Of a stretch of DNA of 51,915 nt, positions 18,574 through 27,217 are shown in pieces. The translations under genes were made by a program, and so were the position numbers. Positions within the stretch are counted from its first letter, which is position 1. Each line of letters starts with the position of its first letter. The notes below the pieces were generated by a model. That model saw only the letters and a program-made list of their open reading frames with translations. It made no database searches and was not told the DNA's origin. This stretch comes from Candidatus Fermentibacterota bacterium (GTDB lineage Bacteria; JAFGKV01): NCBI GenBank assembly GCA_030620115.1, contig JAUXFG010000004.1, forward strand, positions 1 through 51,915. The letters run 5' to 3'.

Positions 18574-19770
18574 ATGAACACTATCAGAGCAAGCAGTAGG
18601 GTACGAAGAATCGTCAGACCGCCCATCGCAGAGATGGCGAAGGCTGCGCAGCTCCTGGAGCAGTCAGGCAGGAGGGTAATCAGGCTGTGCCAGGCCACAC
18701 CATGGTTCGGCCCTCCTGAGTGGGCACTGGAAGCGGTAAAGAAACGACTCCACGAACCGGTTATGCATAGATACAGCCCCGATCCGGGACTCGATGAAGT
18801 CAAGAAGCTCTTGTGTAGCCGATGGTTTGCCTCCAGGGGGTTGACGATAGATCCGGATACAGAGATCCATCTTACCTGCGGAGCAAGCCAAGCATTCGTG
18901 GGAGCCTTGACCGTGTCGGCAGATCCCGGGGAACGCGTCATCCTCAGCGATCCATACTACTTTGATCATCTGTTTGCCGTTCATTTCCTCGGGCTGGAGC
19001 CCGTCTTTGTCCCCATGATCGAGCATGAAGGTGGTTACTCCCAAGATATCCGGCGGTTGGCTGATTCCATCGAAGAGGGTGCGTCCGCGTTAGTTATAGT
19101 CGACCCTGCAAACCCCACGGGATCGGTGATAGGCGAAGAGGATCTCCGGTTCCTCGCTGAGCACTGCGCAGAATGCGGATGTATGCTTATAATCGACGAG
19201 ACCTATGAAAGGCTTGAGTTCACCGACAAGAAACGTAGTCACCCGTGGCTTGTTCCCGAACTCAAGGAGGTTGTTCTGACTGTGGGGAGTTTCTCCAAGA
19301 GCCTTGGAATGGCGGGATGGCGGCTGGGATACCTATTTGGCCCGAAAGAACTCATGGATGAAGCCTACAAGGTTCACGACTCGGTAGCAATATGCTCCCC
19401 CGTTCCTGCGCAGGCTCTGCTCAGGGAAATCTTGATGGGCCCGGTGGACGATTGGCTTGATGGGAGGATGATCGAGCTGAGACGCCGGATGGAAACCACG
19501 GCCTCAGCCCTTGACGCGGGAAACGGCTTCTTCTCCTGGAGAGACGTAGAAGGTGGCATGTTCACCTTTGTCTCCTATTCCGAGGACAGAAACAGCCTCG
19601 ATGTGGCCATGTCTGTCCTCGAAAAGGCCGGTATTATTTTGGTTCCCGGATCCGCCTTCGGCCCTGCAGGAGAAAGGCATCTCCGGCTGAGCTTCGGCAG
19701 CTCCTCCTTTGACGATCTGAAAGCCGCCTTGGAGATGCTCGCCGTATTCGAGCCGCAAAAGCTTGCGTAA
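18574..19770 (+). CDS. PLP-dependent aminotransferase class I/II
   Basis: TCGASQA, PANPTG, IIDETY, SFSKSLGMAGWRLG (PLP Lys), VPGSAFG, LRLSF. Confidence 0.93.
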   Translation: MNTIRASSRVRRIVRPPIAEMAKAAQLLEQSGRRVIRLCQATPWFGPPEWALEAVKKRLHEPVMHRYSPDPGLDEVKKLLCSRWFASRGLTIDPDTEIHLTCGASQAFVGALTVSADPGERVILSDPYYFDHLFAVHFLGLEPVFVPMIEHEGGYSQDIRRLADSIEEGASALVIVDPANPTGSVIGEEDLRFLAEHCAECGCMLIIDETYERLEFTDKKRSHPWLVPELKEVVLTVGSFSKSLGMAGWRLGYLFGPKELMDEAYKVHDSVAICSPVPAQALLREILMGPVDDWLDGRMIELRRRMETTASALDAGNGFFSWRDVEGGMFTFVSYSEDRNSLDVAMSVLEKAGIILVPGSAFGPAGERHLRLSFGSSSFDDLKAALEMLAVFEPQKLA

Positions 19771-19908
19771 GCGACGGATACTGCACAAATTCGCCAGGCT
19801 TTTTTTCCACAACTGTACCTAAGTAGATGAGAATCGCTCAACTTAGGTGCTATTCACTGACTGCAGGCACATCCACGCAGTCCCCTTGTGACCCATAGGA
19901 GGTAACAC

Positions 19909-22836
19909 ATGCGACAGTTCCGCATCATGATGATCATGGCTCTCATCCTTGCGGCGACCACATCCTTTGCCGGCATCCAGATCGTGTCCGGCAGTAACCC
20001 CATGCAACTTCCCCATGCGTCTGATCTACGACTCGACCGAGAGCAGGTGTTGACGCTCCAGGCCCAAGACCAGCTCAAGCGTCTCCCCATGGAGAAGGCC
20101 GCGCGGGCCGCAAACATATCGCTGAAGCCTGAGGCCGATCCCAGGGGCGGCACCATTATAGGAAGTGTGACGGGACCGCAATGCCCCGAGGGCTGCGAGT
20201 ATGACGTTGATGTCCTGGCTCTGAATAAGTATGGATTCGTCCTTTCCTCCGATTGGGTGTGGATGGACGGCCGGGCCGACTATGAGCTCAGCGGGCTCCC
20301 CCCTGGTGACTACTACGTGTTCACACTCACCCAAGGGTGGGACGACGATGTGCACCAGGGCACGCTCATCAACGAGTTCTATGACAATACAACAGACTGG
20401 AATCAGGCAAGCCTCGTTACCGTAACTGCGGGGGGGACCACCGACGGCATAGACCTCGATCTCGAGAGCAATAGTGGTTTCGTCTCGGTTACTGTGAATG
20501 ACGGATCGGGTCAGCCCCTGGCAAACACGGGCGTCGAATTCGAGCTGTACCCCTATGCACCAGCGGAAGAGGATATTTTCACGGAAGGTCACGTATTGCA
20601 TCATACCGTGACCACCGATGACGCCGGCGTGGCGACAGTTGGCCCGATTCCTCTCGGCACGTTCTATCTCTCCTGCCGTGCCCTGAACTTCGGGCGGATA
20701 TTCTACCCCAATACGCCCGATCCTGAGCAAGCCCAGTCGTTGGAGATCACCACTCCTGACCAAACGATTACCGGTATCACGTTCAATCTCCCACCGGGTG
20801 GGAATATAGCCGGGATCATCACCTTGGATACGGGCGAGGCTGCCTTCGGAACCATGGTGGATGTGTACGAGATCGGCAGTGATAGCTCCATTGCCATGGG
20901 TATGGTCTTCAACTTCGACGGGAGCTACATCGTCGAGGGGATTGCACCAGGCAACTATGTGGTACGTGCGGATCCCAGCTTCGCCAGTCCAGGCTATATG
21001 CCTGAGTACTATGATGACAAGCCCACTGCTGAGAGCGCCAACCCGGTGACCGTACAGCCAGGCCAAACCACCGAAGGAATCGACTTCGTGCTGGCACAAG
21101 GTGGGGCCATCAGTGGTACTGTGGACACAGACGTTCCTTCTGCCGATGAGTTTTTATTCTTTGTTTCAGCGTTCGCCCCCGACGACAGCACATTCTTTGT
21201 TGCCATGACCTTCGCGGAAGCAGGAGAGGAGTACATCATCGGGGGACTCCGGCCCGGGCAGTACATAGTCTCATTGCAGGGTTTCCCCTTTCCGCTTTTG
21301 CCCATCTACTATGACGATGTCCATAGCTTCGATCAAGCCACTCCTGTCACGGTGACGGGTACATCCACCACCACAGGCATTGACTTCAACCTTCCTGCCC
21401 GCGGAATCATCGAAGGCGCCGTCACGCTGGCCGGAGGAGGCACGGCGGACAATGACATCGTCGAGTTCGTCATTGCCTATCCAGAGAGTATTCCTCTGGA
21501 GGGTGATGTACTGGAGCTATTCTTCATGTATCCGGCTCCTGTGGACGAGAATGGTTCTTACACCATATGGGGCCTCCCCACGGGCAACTACAAGGTGTGG
21601 GCGTCAACCACAGTGGGTGATTACGACGAGATCGGATATGTATCAGAATATTACGGGGGGGTATTCAACTTCCCGGACGCGCCGACGATCCAGGTCACTG
21701 AGGATCAGACCACCAGCGGCATAGATATCGAGCTGGATCAGGAAGCCATTGTGCAAGGTTACGTCCATATGCCTGACGGCAGCCCGGCCAGCGATGAAGA
21801 CATCCAGGTATTGATCGTCGCCTATGACGCTGAGAGCGGAGCGCCGACGGGCTTCAGCCTATTCGACGAAGCGCCCATCTACACGGAAGAGGACAACACC
21901 TTCTGTGCGGGGTATAGGATCCGCCGTCTTCCCGCTCGGCAAGTGAAGCTCGCCGCGGTTCCCATGGGCGCACAGGCGGCAGTAGGCTATTATGGTGGGG
22001 GCCACACCTTCGACCAGGGTGGTACGGTCCAGTTGACGGCAGGAGAGGCCTATGCCTCAGACCTTGATATCCATCTCACGGCAGCCAATCAGACCATAAA
22101 GGGGAGAGTCACCAATAGTGAAGACGCCCCGCTGAACTGGGTGATCGTGACATCATATGATCTCACCGGGCATTTGACTGGGGTGAGCAGCAGTGGCTTC
22201 GACCCTGCTACAGGGGACGAGTGGCAGGCCGGGAGATACGAGATACAGAGCCTGGCCAGTGGCAGCACCCACTATGTGAGAACATGGAGTCTCATGGCGT
22301 GGGTACGATACATCTTCCTCAACGAGGGAGCCGATATCATACCTGCGGACGAGTGGTACGACGATGTTCCGGCGCCGCTTCTTCCTATGGAGATGGCCAT
22401 GTTCATGCCCTTCGGGTATTACTACTTCTTCGGATTCATGCCATTCGAGCAGGATGTGCCGCTTGAAGCTACCCAGGTGTCGGCCAGCTCCTCGGGGATA
22501 GACTTCGCATTGGGGTATCAGGGAATGGGCTCTGACGAAAAGCCCATGGCGCTCCCGGACGCCCTCACCATGGATCGAGTATGGCCGAACCCGACGCAGA
22601 AAGACCTGACTGTTGAGCTCGCGCTGCAGTCGCCACAGCAGGTACGCCTTGAGATCCTCGATCTCGCCGGCAGAACCGTCGGCACGCTGGAAGCCCGATT
22701 GCTCCCACGGGGACTGAACCATATCCGTATTCCCATGGGACAGTTCGATAACACGGTGGCATCCGGTGTATACACCGTCCGGGCCATCGGGCAAGACGGC
22801 GCCTCCGCAAGCAATAGATTTGTGGTCCTAAGATAG
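19909..22836 (+). CDS. Secreted protein with seven carboxypeptidase-regulatory-like beta-sandwich repeats and a T9SS-type CTD
   Basis: RBS AGGAGG; signal peptide; repeat (E/I)(Y/F)Y.......A..V.V......GID(F/L).L x7; CTD WPNP...ILDLAGRTV...ASGVY...NRFVVLR. Confidence 0.85.
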   Translation: MRQFRIMMIMALILAATTSFAGIQIVSGSNPMQLPHASDLRLDREQVLTLQAQDQLKRLPMEKAARAANISLKPEADPRGGTIIGSVTGPQCPEGCEYDVDVLALNKYGFVLSSDWVWMDGRADYELSGLPPGDYYVFTLTQGWDDDVHQGTLINEFYDNTTDWNQASLVTVTAGGTTDGIDLDLESNSGFVSVTVNDGSGQPLANTGVEFELYPYAPAEEDIFTEGHVLHHTVTTDDAGVATVGPIPLGTFYLSCRALNFGRIFYPNTPDPEQAQSLEITTPDQTITGITFNLPPGGNIAGIITLDTGEAAFGTMVDVYEIGSDSSIAMGMVFNFDGSYIVEGIAPGNYVVRADPSFASPGYMPEYYDDKPTAESANPVTVQPGQTTEGIDFVLAQGGAISGTVDTDVPSADEFLFFVSAFAPDDSTFFVAMTFAEAGEEYIIGGLRPGQYIVSLQGFPFPLLPIYYDDVHSFDQATPVTVTGTSTTTGIDFNLPARGIIEGAVTLAGGGTADNDIVEFVIAYPESIPLEGDVLELFFMYPAPVDENGSYTIWGLPTGNYKVWASTTVGDYDEIGYVSEYYGGVFNFPDAPTIQVTEDQTTSGIDIELDQEAIVQGYVHMPDGSPASDEDIQVLIVAYDAESGAPTGFSLFDEAPIYTEEDNTFCAGYRIRRLPARQVKLAAVPMGAQAAVGYYGGGHTFDQGGTVQLTAGEAYASDLDIHLTAANQTIKGRVTNSEDAPLNWVIVTSYDLTGHLTGVSSSGFDPATGDEWQAGRYEIQSLASGSTHYVRTWSLMAWVRYIFLNEGADIIPADEWYDDVPAPLLPMEMAMFMPFGYYYFFGFMPFEQDVPLEATQVSASSSGIDFALGYQGMGSDEKPMALPDALTMDRVWPNPTQKDLTVELALQSPQQVRLEILDLAGRTVGTLEARLLPRGLNHIRIPMGQFDNTVASGVYTVRAIGQDGASASNRFVVLR

Positions 22837-22843
22837 TCTCTTG

Positions 22844-22871
22844 GAGGGGCGGCCATGCCGGCCGCCCCTCA
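22844..22871 (+). terminator. GC-rich hairpin just downstream of the CTD gene
   Basis: GAGGGGCGGCC-ATGCC-GGCCGCCCCTC 11-bp stem 7 nt after the stop; poor U-tract, may be REP-like. Confidence 0.5.
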
Positions 22872-22949
22872 CGCTCTGTTCTTTCCCGCCGTTCAAATTC
22901 TGTTCACAAATATCATCAGCTCCGCTGTTTCTTGCAAGACAGGCTCCAC

Positions 22950-23430
22950 CTCCCTCCTTCGACGTTCGATGTTCATTCACCCATTCACTCATCCCCATTC
23001 CGGCATTCCGCTCTTCTTCTCAATCCTCCCTCCCCATGTTGGAAATTACAGATTGCCAGATTCCAGATTCTCCCCCTCCCCCCACCCAGATTCTTCGGTC
23101 GCTCCGCTCCCTTAGAATGACACGTGGTCCTGCATCCTTCCTCCGTCATCTGAACGCTCAGCGCTGCAAGCTCTCTTCTTCTCATTCCCCCATCAACCCA
23201 TCCCCCATTCGCAGCTCATCACCATCTCTGGAGGGACGTCCGCCGGCCGGTGGATCGCGTCCGTTGTATCGAGCATCAACGGCCATGACGGAGCATGGCC
23301 CTCCATCATCCTCCCAAACTTCGTCTCGAACTTTGTCCCGAACTCCTCCCGACATCTACGCTTCTTGCGTAGTCCCGCGTACTGCGCGGGATTGCCCCGA
23401 GCAGAGGCGAGGGGATGTTGAATGTTCGAT
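22950..23430. repeat. Composite intergenic repeat mosaic (heptamers, family B unit, family A doublet, AACTTCGTCCCG 12-mers)
   Basis: Same modules as at 1-165, 25030-25380 and 49100-49540. Confidence 0.75.
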
Positions 23431-23439
23431 GCTGGGCGT

Positions 23440-23650
23440 TAGCCCGGACTTCTCACCAGCTTTCGTGGCGAAGCCCCGCGTCGGACGCGGGATTCTGAAT
23501 GCGAGGCTTGCGACTGAGGACCCCGCAGGCGTATCCTCTGTCCGCCAGCTGGCGGATCGAGGAGGCCGACGAAGCGTAACAAAGTCCCGCGTCTGACGCG
23601 GGATGCCATATCGGCTGCTGCAGCCGAAACTTGGTGAGAAGTTCGGGTTA
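23440..23650. mobile_element. MITE copy 2 (opposite orientation) carrying nested palindromes
   Basis: TIRs TAGCCCGGACTTCTCACCAG / TTGGTGAGAAGTTCGGGTTA; core GGCTTGCGAC.GAGGACCCCGCAGGCGTATCC shared with the reverse complement of 17038-17220. Confidence 0.8.
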
Positions 23651-23667
23651 GACACCACCAAGCAATC

Positions 23668-24906
23668 TCAAGGGAATAACATAGTCCCTACGGTCATCTT
23701 CTCTTGGTAGTTCTCGGCTGAATTGGCACGTGGGAACAGAGCGAAGGTAAGCCCGAATATGATTGCCAGGGCTATGAGCAGTCGATCGAGACGTTTCGGT
23801 TCCATGGACCTGAAGCCAAAGAGCAATGCGGGATAGATCGGGTTGAGATAACGAAGTCCGACTTGATGGCTCTCGAGCTTGCCGGCGGTACAGAATGCCA
23901 CCAGAATGGAGAATGCCGCCAGCATAAGGGTCGCCCCCCTCCGTTCCCGAACCATCCTCCACATGGCAAACACCGAGAGCGGATAGAACCATAATAGGCC
24001 TATCCGGGGAGACACGAGGGAAGTAAAAAGATCTTGGATGCGAAAGTGCGTCGCCCTGGAGAATCTCGCAAAGACCACAGAATGTGCCGCTCGGTCGAAC
24101 TGCTCCTGACCAGGGAATTGGAAGGGGTAGTAGAGAAATCGAGCTCCTGTTCCGAAATCCAACCACGCGGCATGCGCGGTACCGAACACCATGCGGTAGT
24201 AGAGCAGTTGTGGCAAGAAACACAATACGGCAGCGCCACAGAGTATAAGAACATGCCGCGTCCAGATCTTTCCTCGGGCCAGTTCCAGGAGAGGCAGAAA
24301 AATCCAGAAGACCAGTGGGAATTGGCTGGCAGCCGCTAATCCAAGAAAAACCCCGGAAATGAGATAGCGCCTTCGAAGAAAGAAAAAGAGAAAGCCACTG
24401 CTGAGGAAAAGCATCCAGGTGGCAGGCGTCTGCCAAAGGACATAATCATAGGCCGCCGAGAACCAGAGACCAATGACAGCGAGTACCCACCCACGCCTTA
24501 TTCCCATTGAACGCGCAAGATGTTTGGCGAGAAAAAGAACTGTTCCCGCCCATAACAGCGCGTTCAGGACATGGAAGCCAAAGAAACCGAATACCTTGAA
24601 AAAAGCTGCGGCGACTGCCGGGTAATAGAAACTGTGGCCACCCACATAGCAGGTGCCGCTCTCATTGCGAAGAAGAAACATCCCTGCGGGGAAATCAGTA
24701 CCGAGCGGTCGCTCCGTCAGTATTCGAGACAGGTCGCCCGGCGCATAATAGAGATCTCCATCTTCCGCAATGCTGGCTGCCATCATGACATAGTCGCCTG
24801 CATCCCCACATCTCATCACCTGCCCCGTCAAGACAGGGAACAATGCGATGGCCAAACATGCAGCGAAACAACCCAAAGTCATCAAAGATGGGGATCTAAT
24901 CCGCAT
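23668..24906 (-). CDS. Polytopic membrane protein, GT-C/PMT-ArnT-like glycosyltransferase candidate
   Basis: TM1 followed by GDAGDYVMMAASIAEDGDL (D-x3-Y type motif); about 10 TM segments; GLRYL near the C-terminus. Confidence 0.6.
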   Translation of the reverse strand: MRIRSPSLMTLGCFAACLAIALFPVLTGQVMRCGDAGDYVMMAASIAEDGDLYYAPGDLSRILTERPLGTDFPAGMFLLRNESGTCYVGGHSFYYPAVAAAFFKVFGFFGFHVLNALLWAGTVLFLAKHLARSMGIRRGWVLAVIGLWFSAAYDYVLWQTPATWMLFLSSGFLFFFLRRRYLISGVFLGLAAASQFPLVFWIFLPLLELARGKIWTRHVLILCGAAVLCFLPQLLYYRMVFGTAHAAWLDFGTGARFLYYPFQFPGQEQFDRAAHSVVFARFSRATHFRIQDLFTSLVSPRIGLLWFYPLSVFAMWRMVRERRGATLMLAAFSILVAFCTAGKLESHQVGLRYLNPIYPALLFGFRSMEPKRLDRLLIALAIIFGLTFALFPRANSAENYQEKMTVGTMLFP

Positions 24907-25029
24907 CAATCACCACCCGAGGCGATTAGGGTTCGCGCAGTTCATTCCCTCGATGGGCTCAGGACGGGCTATGAGCGAAACAGACGGACTCCGAATGACA
25001 AACACTTCCATATCCTTATGCCTTAAATC

Positions 25030-25380
25030 CCTATCATTCTGAGCGACCGCAAGGAGCGAAGAATCCCTCCGACATCCTCTCTCCGTCATCTCAACCCTGA
25101 ACCCTCTCTCCTCCCCCCACCCAGATTCTTCGGTCGCATTGCTTCCTCAGAATGACACCCAGTGCCACATACTTCTGCACACAAGCACTGTCATTCTGAG
25201 CGACTCCAAGGAGCGAAGAATCTCTCCTTGCTCCTCCTTCTGTCATCTGAACGCTACACGCTCAACGCTCTCCTCTCCCCTTCCCCCCATTCCCTTCTCC
25301 CATTCGACGTTCGATGTTGAATGTTCGATGTTCGATGTTCATTCCTCCCTCCCCAAAAATCCCCCATTCCCCCATTCCAA
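25030..25380. repeat. Composite intergenic repeat mosaic (family B units plus heptamers)
   Basis: 25122-25222 matches 49120-49221 including the spacer; TTCGATG array at 25304-25341. Confidence 0.8.
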
Positions 25381-25392
25381 TGCGAAGCGGAG

Positions 25393-25890
25393 CTATGTTC
25401 CTCGTCTCACCTCGGTAATACCAATCTCATCGATCTCCACAGGAACCGTCGAGAATGTGAACACTCTGATGTAGGGCTGCTCCCGGAAACTCGCCGTGTT
25501 GATGATCTTATGGAAGGCCATGTATTGGGGACCGATCTCCAGAGGTGGAATCAAGAGTTCCTGATCCGGGCTGTCATAAGTCTCATCCACAAAAAGATCG
25601 AGGCTTAGTTGGGCAGTCGGTGTGCGCACGGCTCGCACCTTCAGGGACAACTTATAGCTGGTATTGGCCTTCAGTGTGGTGAGTTTCTGCCTTATTTGGC
25701 TCGGCTCCACGCCATCAGGGCTCTGCAGAAGTGCACTTCCCTCTGCAATCGAAGCGTTCATGGCCTCCCACGCGAGCCGGTTATCAATTCCCGGATCGAG
25801 AACAGCATTCACGATATCCTCTTCTGTAGAGCAGCCCAGCAGGGATACCAAGATCGCTGAGATAGCCAATACAGTAAGCAGCCTAATCAT
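25393..25890 (-). CDS. Lipoprotein with a putative carbohydrate-binding (CBM4/9-like jelly-roll) domain
   Basis: RBS AAGGAGG; lipobox LLG-C; IRQKL..LKANTSYKLSLKVR and VEIDEI pattern. Confidence 0.65.
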   Translation of the reverse strand: MIRLLTVLAISAILVSLLGCSTEEDIVNAVLDPGIDNRLAWEAMNASIAEGSALLQSPDGVEPSQIRQKLTTLKANTSYKLSLKVRAVRTPTAQLSLDLFVDETYDSPDQELLIPPLEIGPQYMAFHKIINTASFREQPYIRVFTFSTVPVEIDEIGITEVRRGT

Positions 25891-25953
25891 TCTCTGCGCC
25901 TCCTTCCTGGTTGCTTCGGCAAACCGTAGGCGTTCAAAGGTTCGGATTCTCGG

Positions 25954-26045
25954 TGAACCCTGAACCATAAACCTCTGAACCTTGGAACTCCCGAACCTCT
26001 GAACCCATGAACCTTGGAACCTCTGAACCCATGAACCTCCGAATC
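25954..26045. repeat. Degenerate octamer tandem repeat (GAACCYYT/GAACCCAT)n
   Basis: About 11 units such as gaacctct gaacccat gaaccttg. Confidence 0.8.
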
Positions 26046-26072
26046 AAGACATCCCTTCCACTCGCCATCGAC

Positions 26073-27215
26073 TTACTCGAGGCATCTTTGATAAATGCCA
26101 CGCGTCTGCCGAGCCGTCTCACGCCACGAGTAGCGATCAGCCCGTAACTGGCCCTTCCTCCGCAGCTCCGCACGAAGGCTGGAATCACTCAGCACTGATT
26201 TCATCGCCTGCCTCAGCATGCCGGTATTCTCTGGATCCACGAGAAGCGCGGCCTCACCCGCCACTTCCGGAAGCGAGGAGCAATTCGATGTAATGACAGG
26301 CGCACCGCATGCCATGGCCTCCAGTACTGGTAGCCCGAACCCCTCATACAACGACGGATATACGAAAGCACGACAGGCATTGTAGAGGACCACGAGATCA
26401 TCGGTGCAGATGTACCCGAGAAACTTCACCGCATCAGCGATCCCGAGTTCATCGACTCTCTCGTATATCTGCTCATTCTTCCATCCGCTCCCTCCTGCGA
26501 TGACCAGCCATTCTGGATGTTCTGATTCAGCTTTCATCTCGGCATATGCCTCGATGAGCGTGGTGAGATTCTTCCGGGGTTCTACAGTGCCCACAAAAAG
26601 GATAAAGTTCTCATGTATGCCGAGGTGAAGCAGCCTCTCACCAATTTCTCTCGCATCATCGAGCCGTCGGTATTCAGGCCCCGCCGCTTCTCGCACCACA
26701 AAAAGCCTCTCCTTCGGCACATGAAGGTATCTCCTGACATCGAATGCAGTGGCTTCCGAAACACAAATGATGGCGTCTGCATATCGGGAGGCCCGAAGGC
26801 TCTGAATCATGCAGAAGCTCCGGTTCTCCTCGGTATGAAAATGGGGATGTGTCAGAAAGCTCATATCATGGATCGTGACCACCAGCTTCTTGCCAGGAAC
26901 ATAGGGCGCCGTATAGGCAGGTGAATGGAGAAGATTGATGGGGCCCAGCACCTTATCCACAGGATATCTCCCTTCGGTCCATCGATCCTGAAGCTCCTCG
27001 AAGGAGCGATTCGCATGGTGCAATCTGAAATTGGGTTTGGAAGGCGCCCTAGCCTTCTTGTAGTCCTGTGGGTGGCAGAACCAGAAAAACGGGTAAAGCG
27101 TGTACTGATTCTCCGAATCTACCTCAGACAAAGCCCGCACCAGCTGGCGGGCATACCACCCCACACCTGTGGGCTGACCCAAGGTTCGCGATATATCTAT
27201 CCCAATGTGAGGCAT
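26073..27215 (-). CDS. GT4 glycosyltransferase (MtfB/WbpY-like)
   Basis: IGIDI...TGVGWY, VVTIHD, FVGTVEPRKN, YPSLYEGFGLPVLEAMACG. Confidence 0.93.
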   Translation of the reverse strand: MPHIGIDISRTLGQPTGVGWYARQLVRALSEVDSENQYTLYPFFWFCHPQDYKKARAPSKPNFRLHHANRSFEELQDRWTEGRYPVDKVLGPINLLHSPAYTAPYVPGKKLVVTIHDMSFLTHPHFHTEENRSFCMIQSLRASRYADAIICVSEATAFDVRRYLHVPKERLFVVREAAGPEYRRLDDAREIGERLLHLGIHENFILFVGTVEPRKNLTTLIEAYAEMKAESEHPEWLVIAGGSGWKNEQIYERVDELGIADAVKFLGYICTDDLVVLYNACRAFVYPSLYEGFGLPVLEAMACGAPVITSNCSSLPEVAGEAALLVDPENTGMLRQAMKSVLSDSSLRAELRRKGQLRADRYSWRETARQTRGIYQRCLE

Positions 27216-27217
27216 CG

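Noticed and set aside
22841-23596. 251-aa + strand ORF
   Set aside because: It is a translation of the REP/MITE mosaic; the same peptides (ASTAMTEHGPPSS, ARLATEDPAGVS) recur in other repeat-derived ORFs.
25954-26045. Possible CRISPR array
   Set aside because: Units are 8 bp with no unique spacers, REP copies are dispersed rather than regularly spaced, and no cas genes are present.
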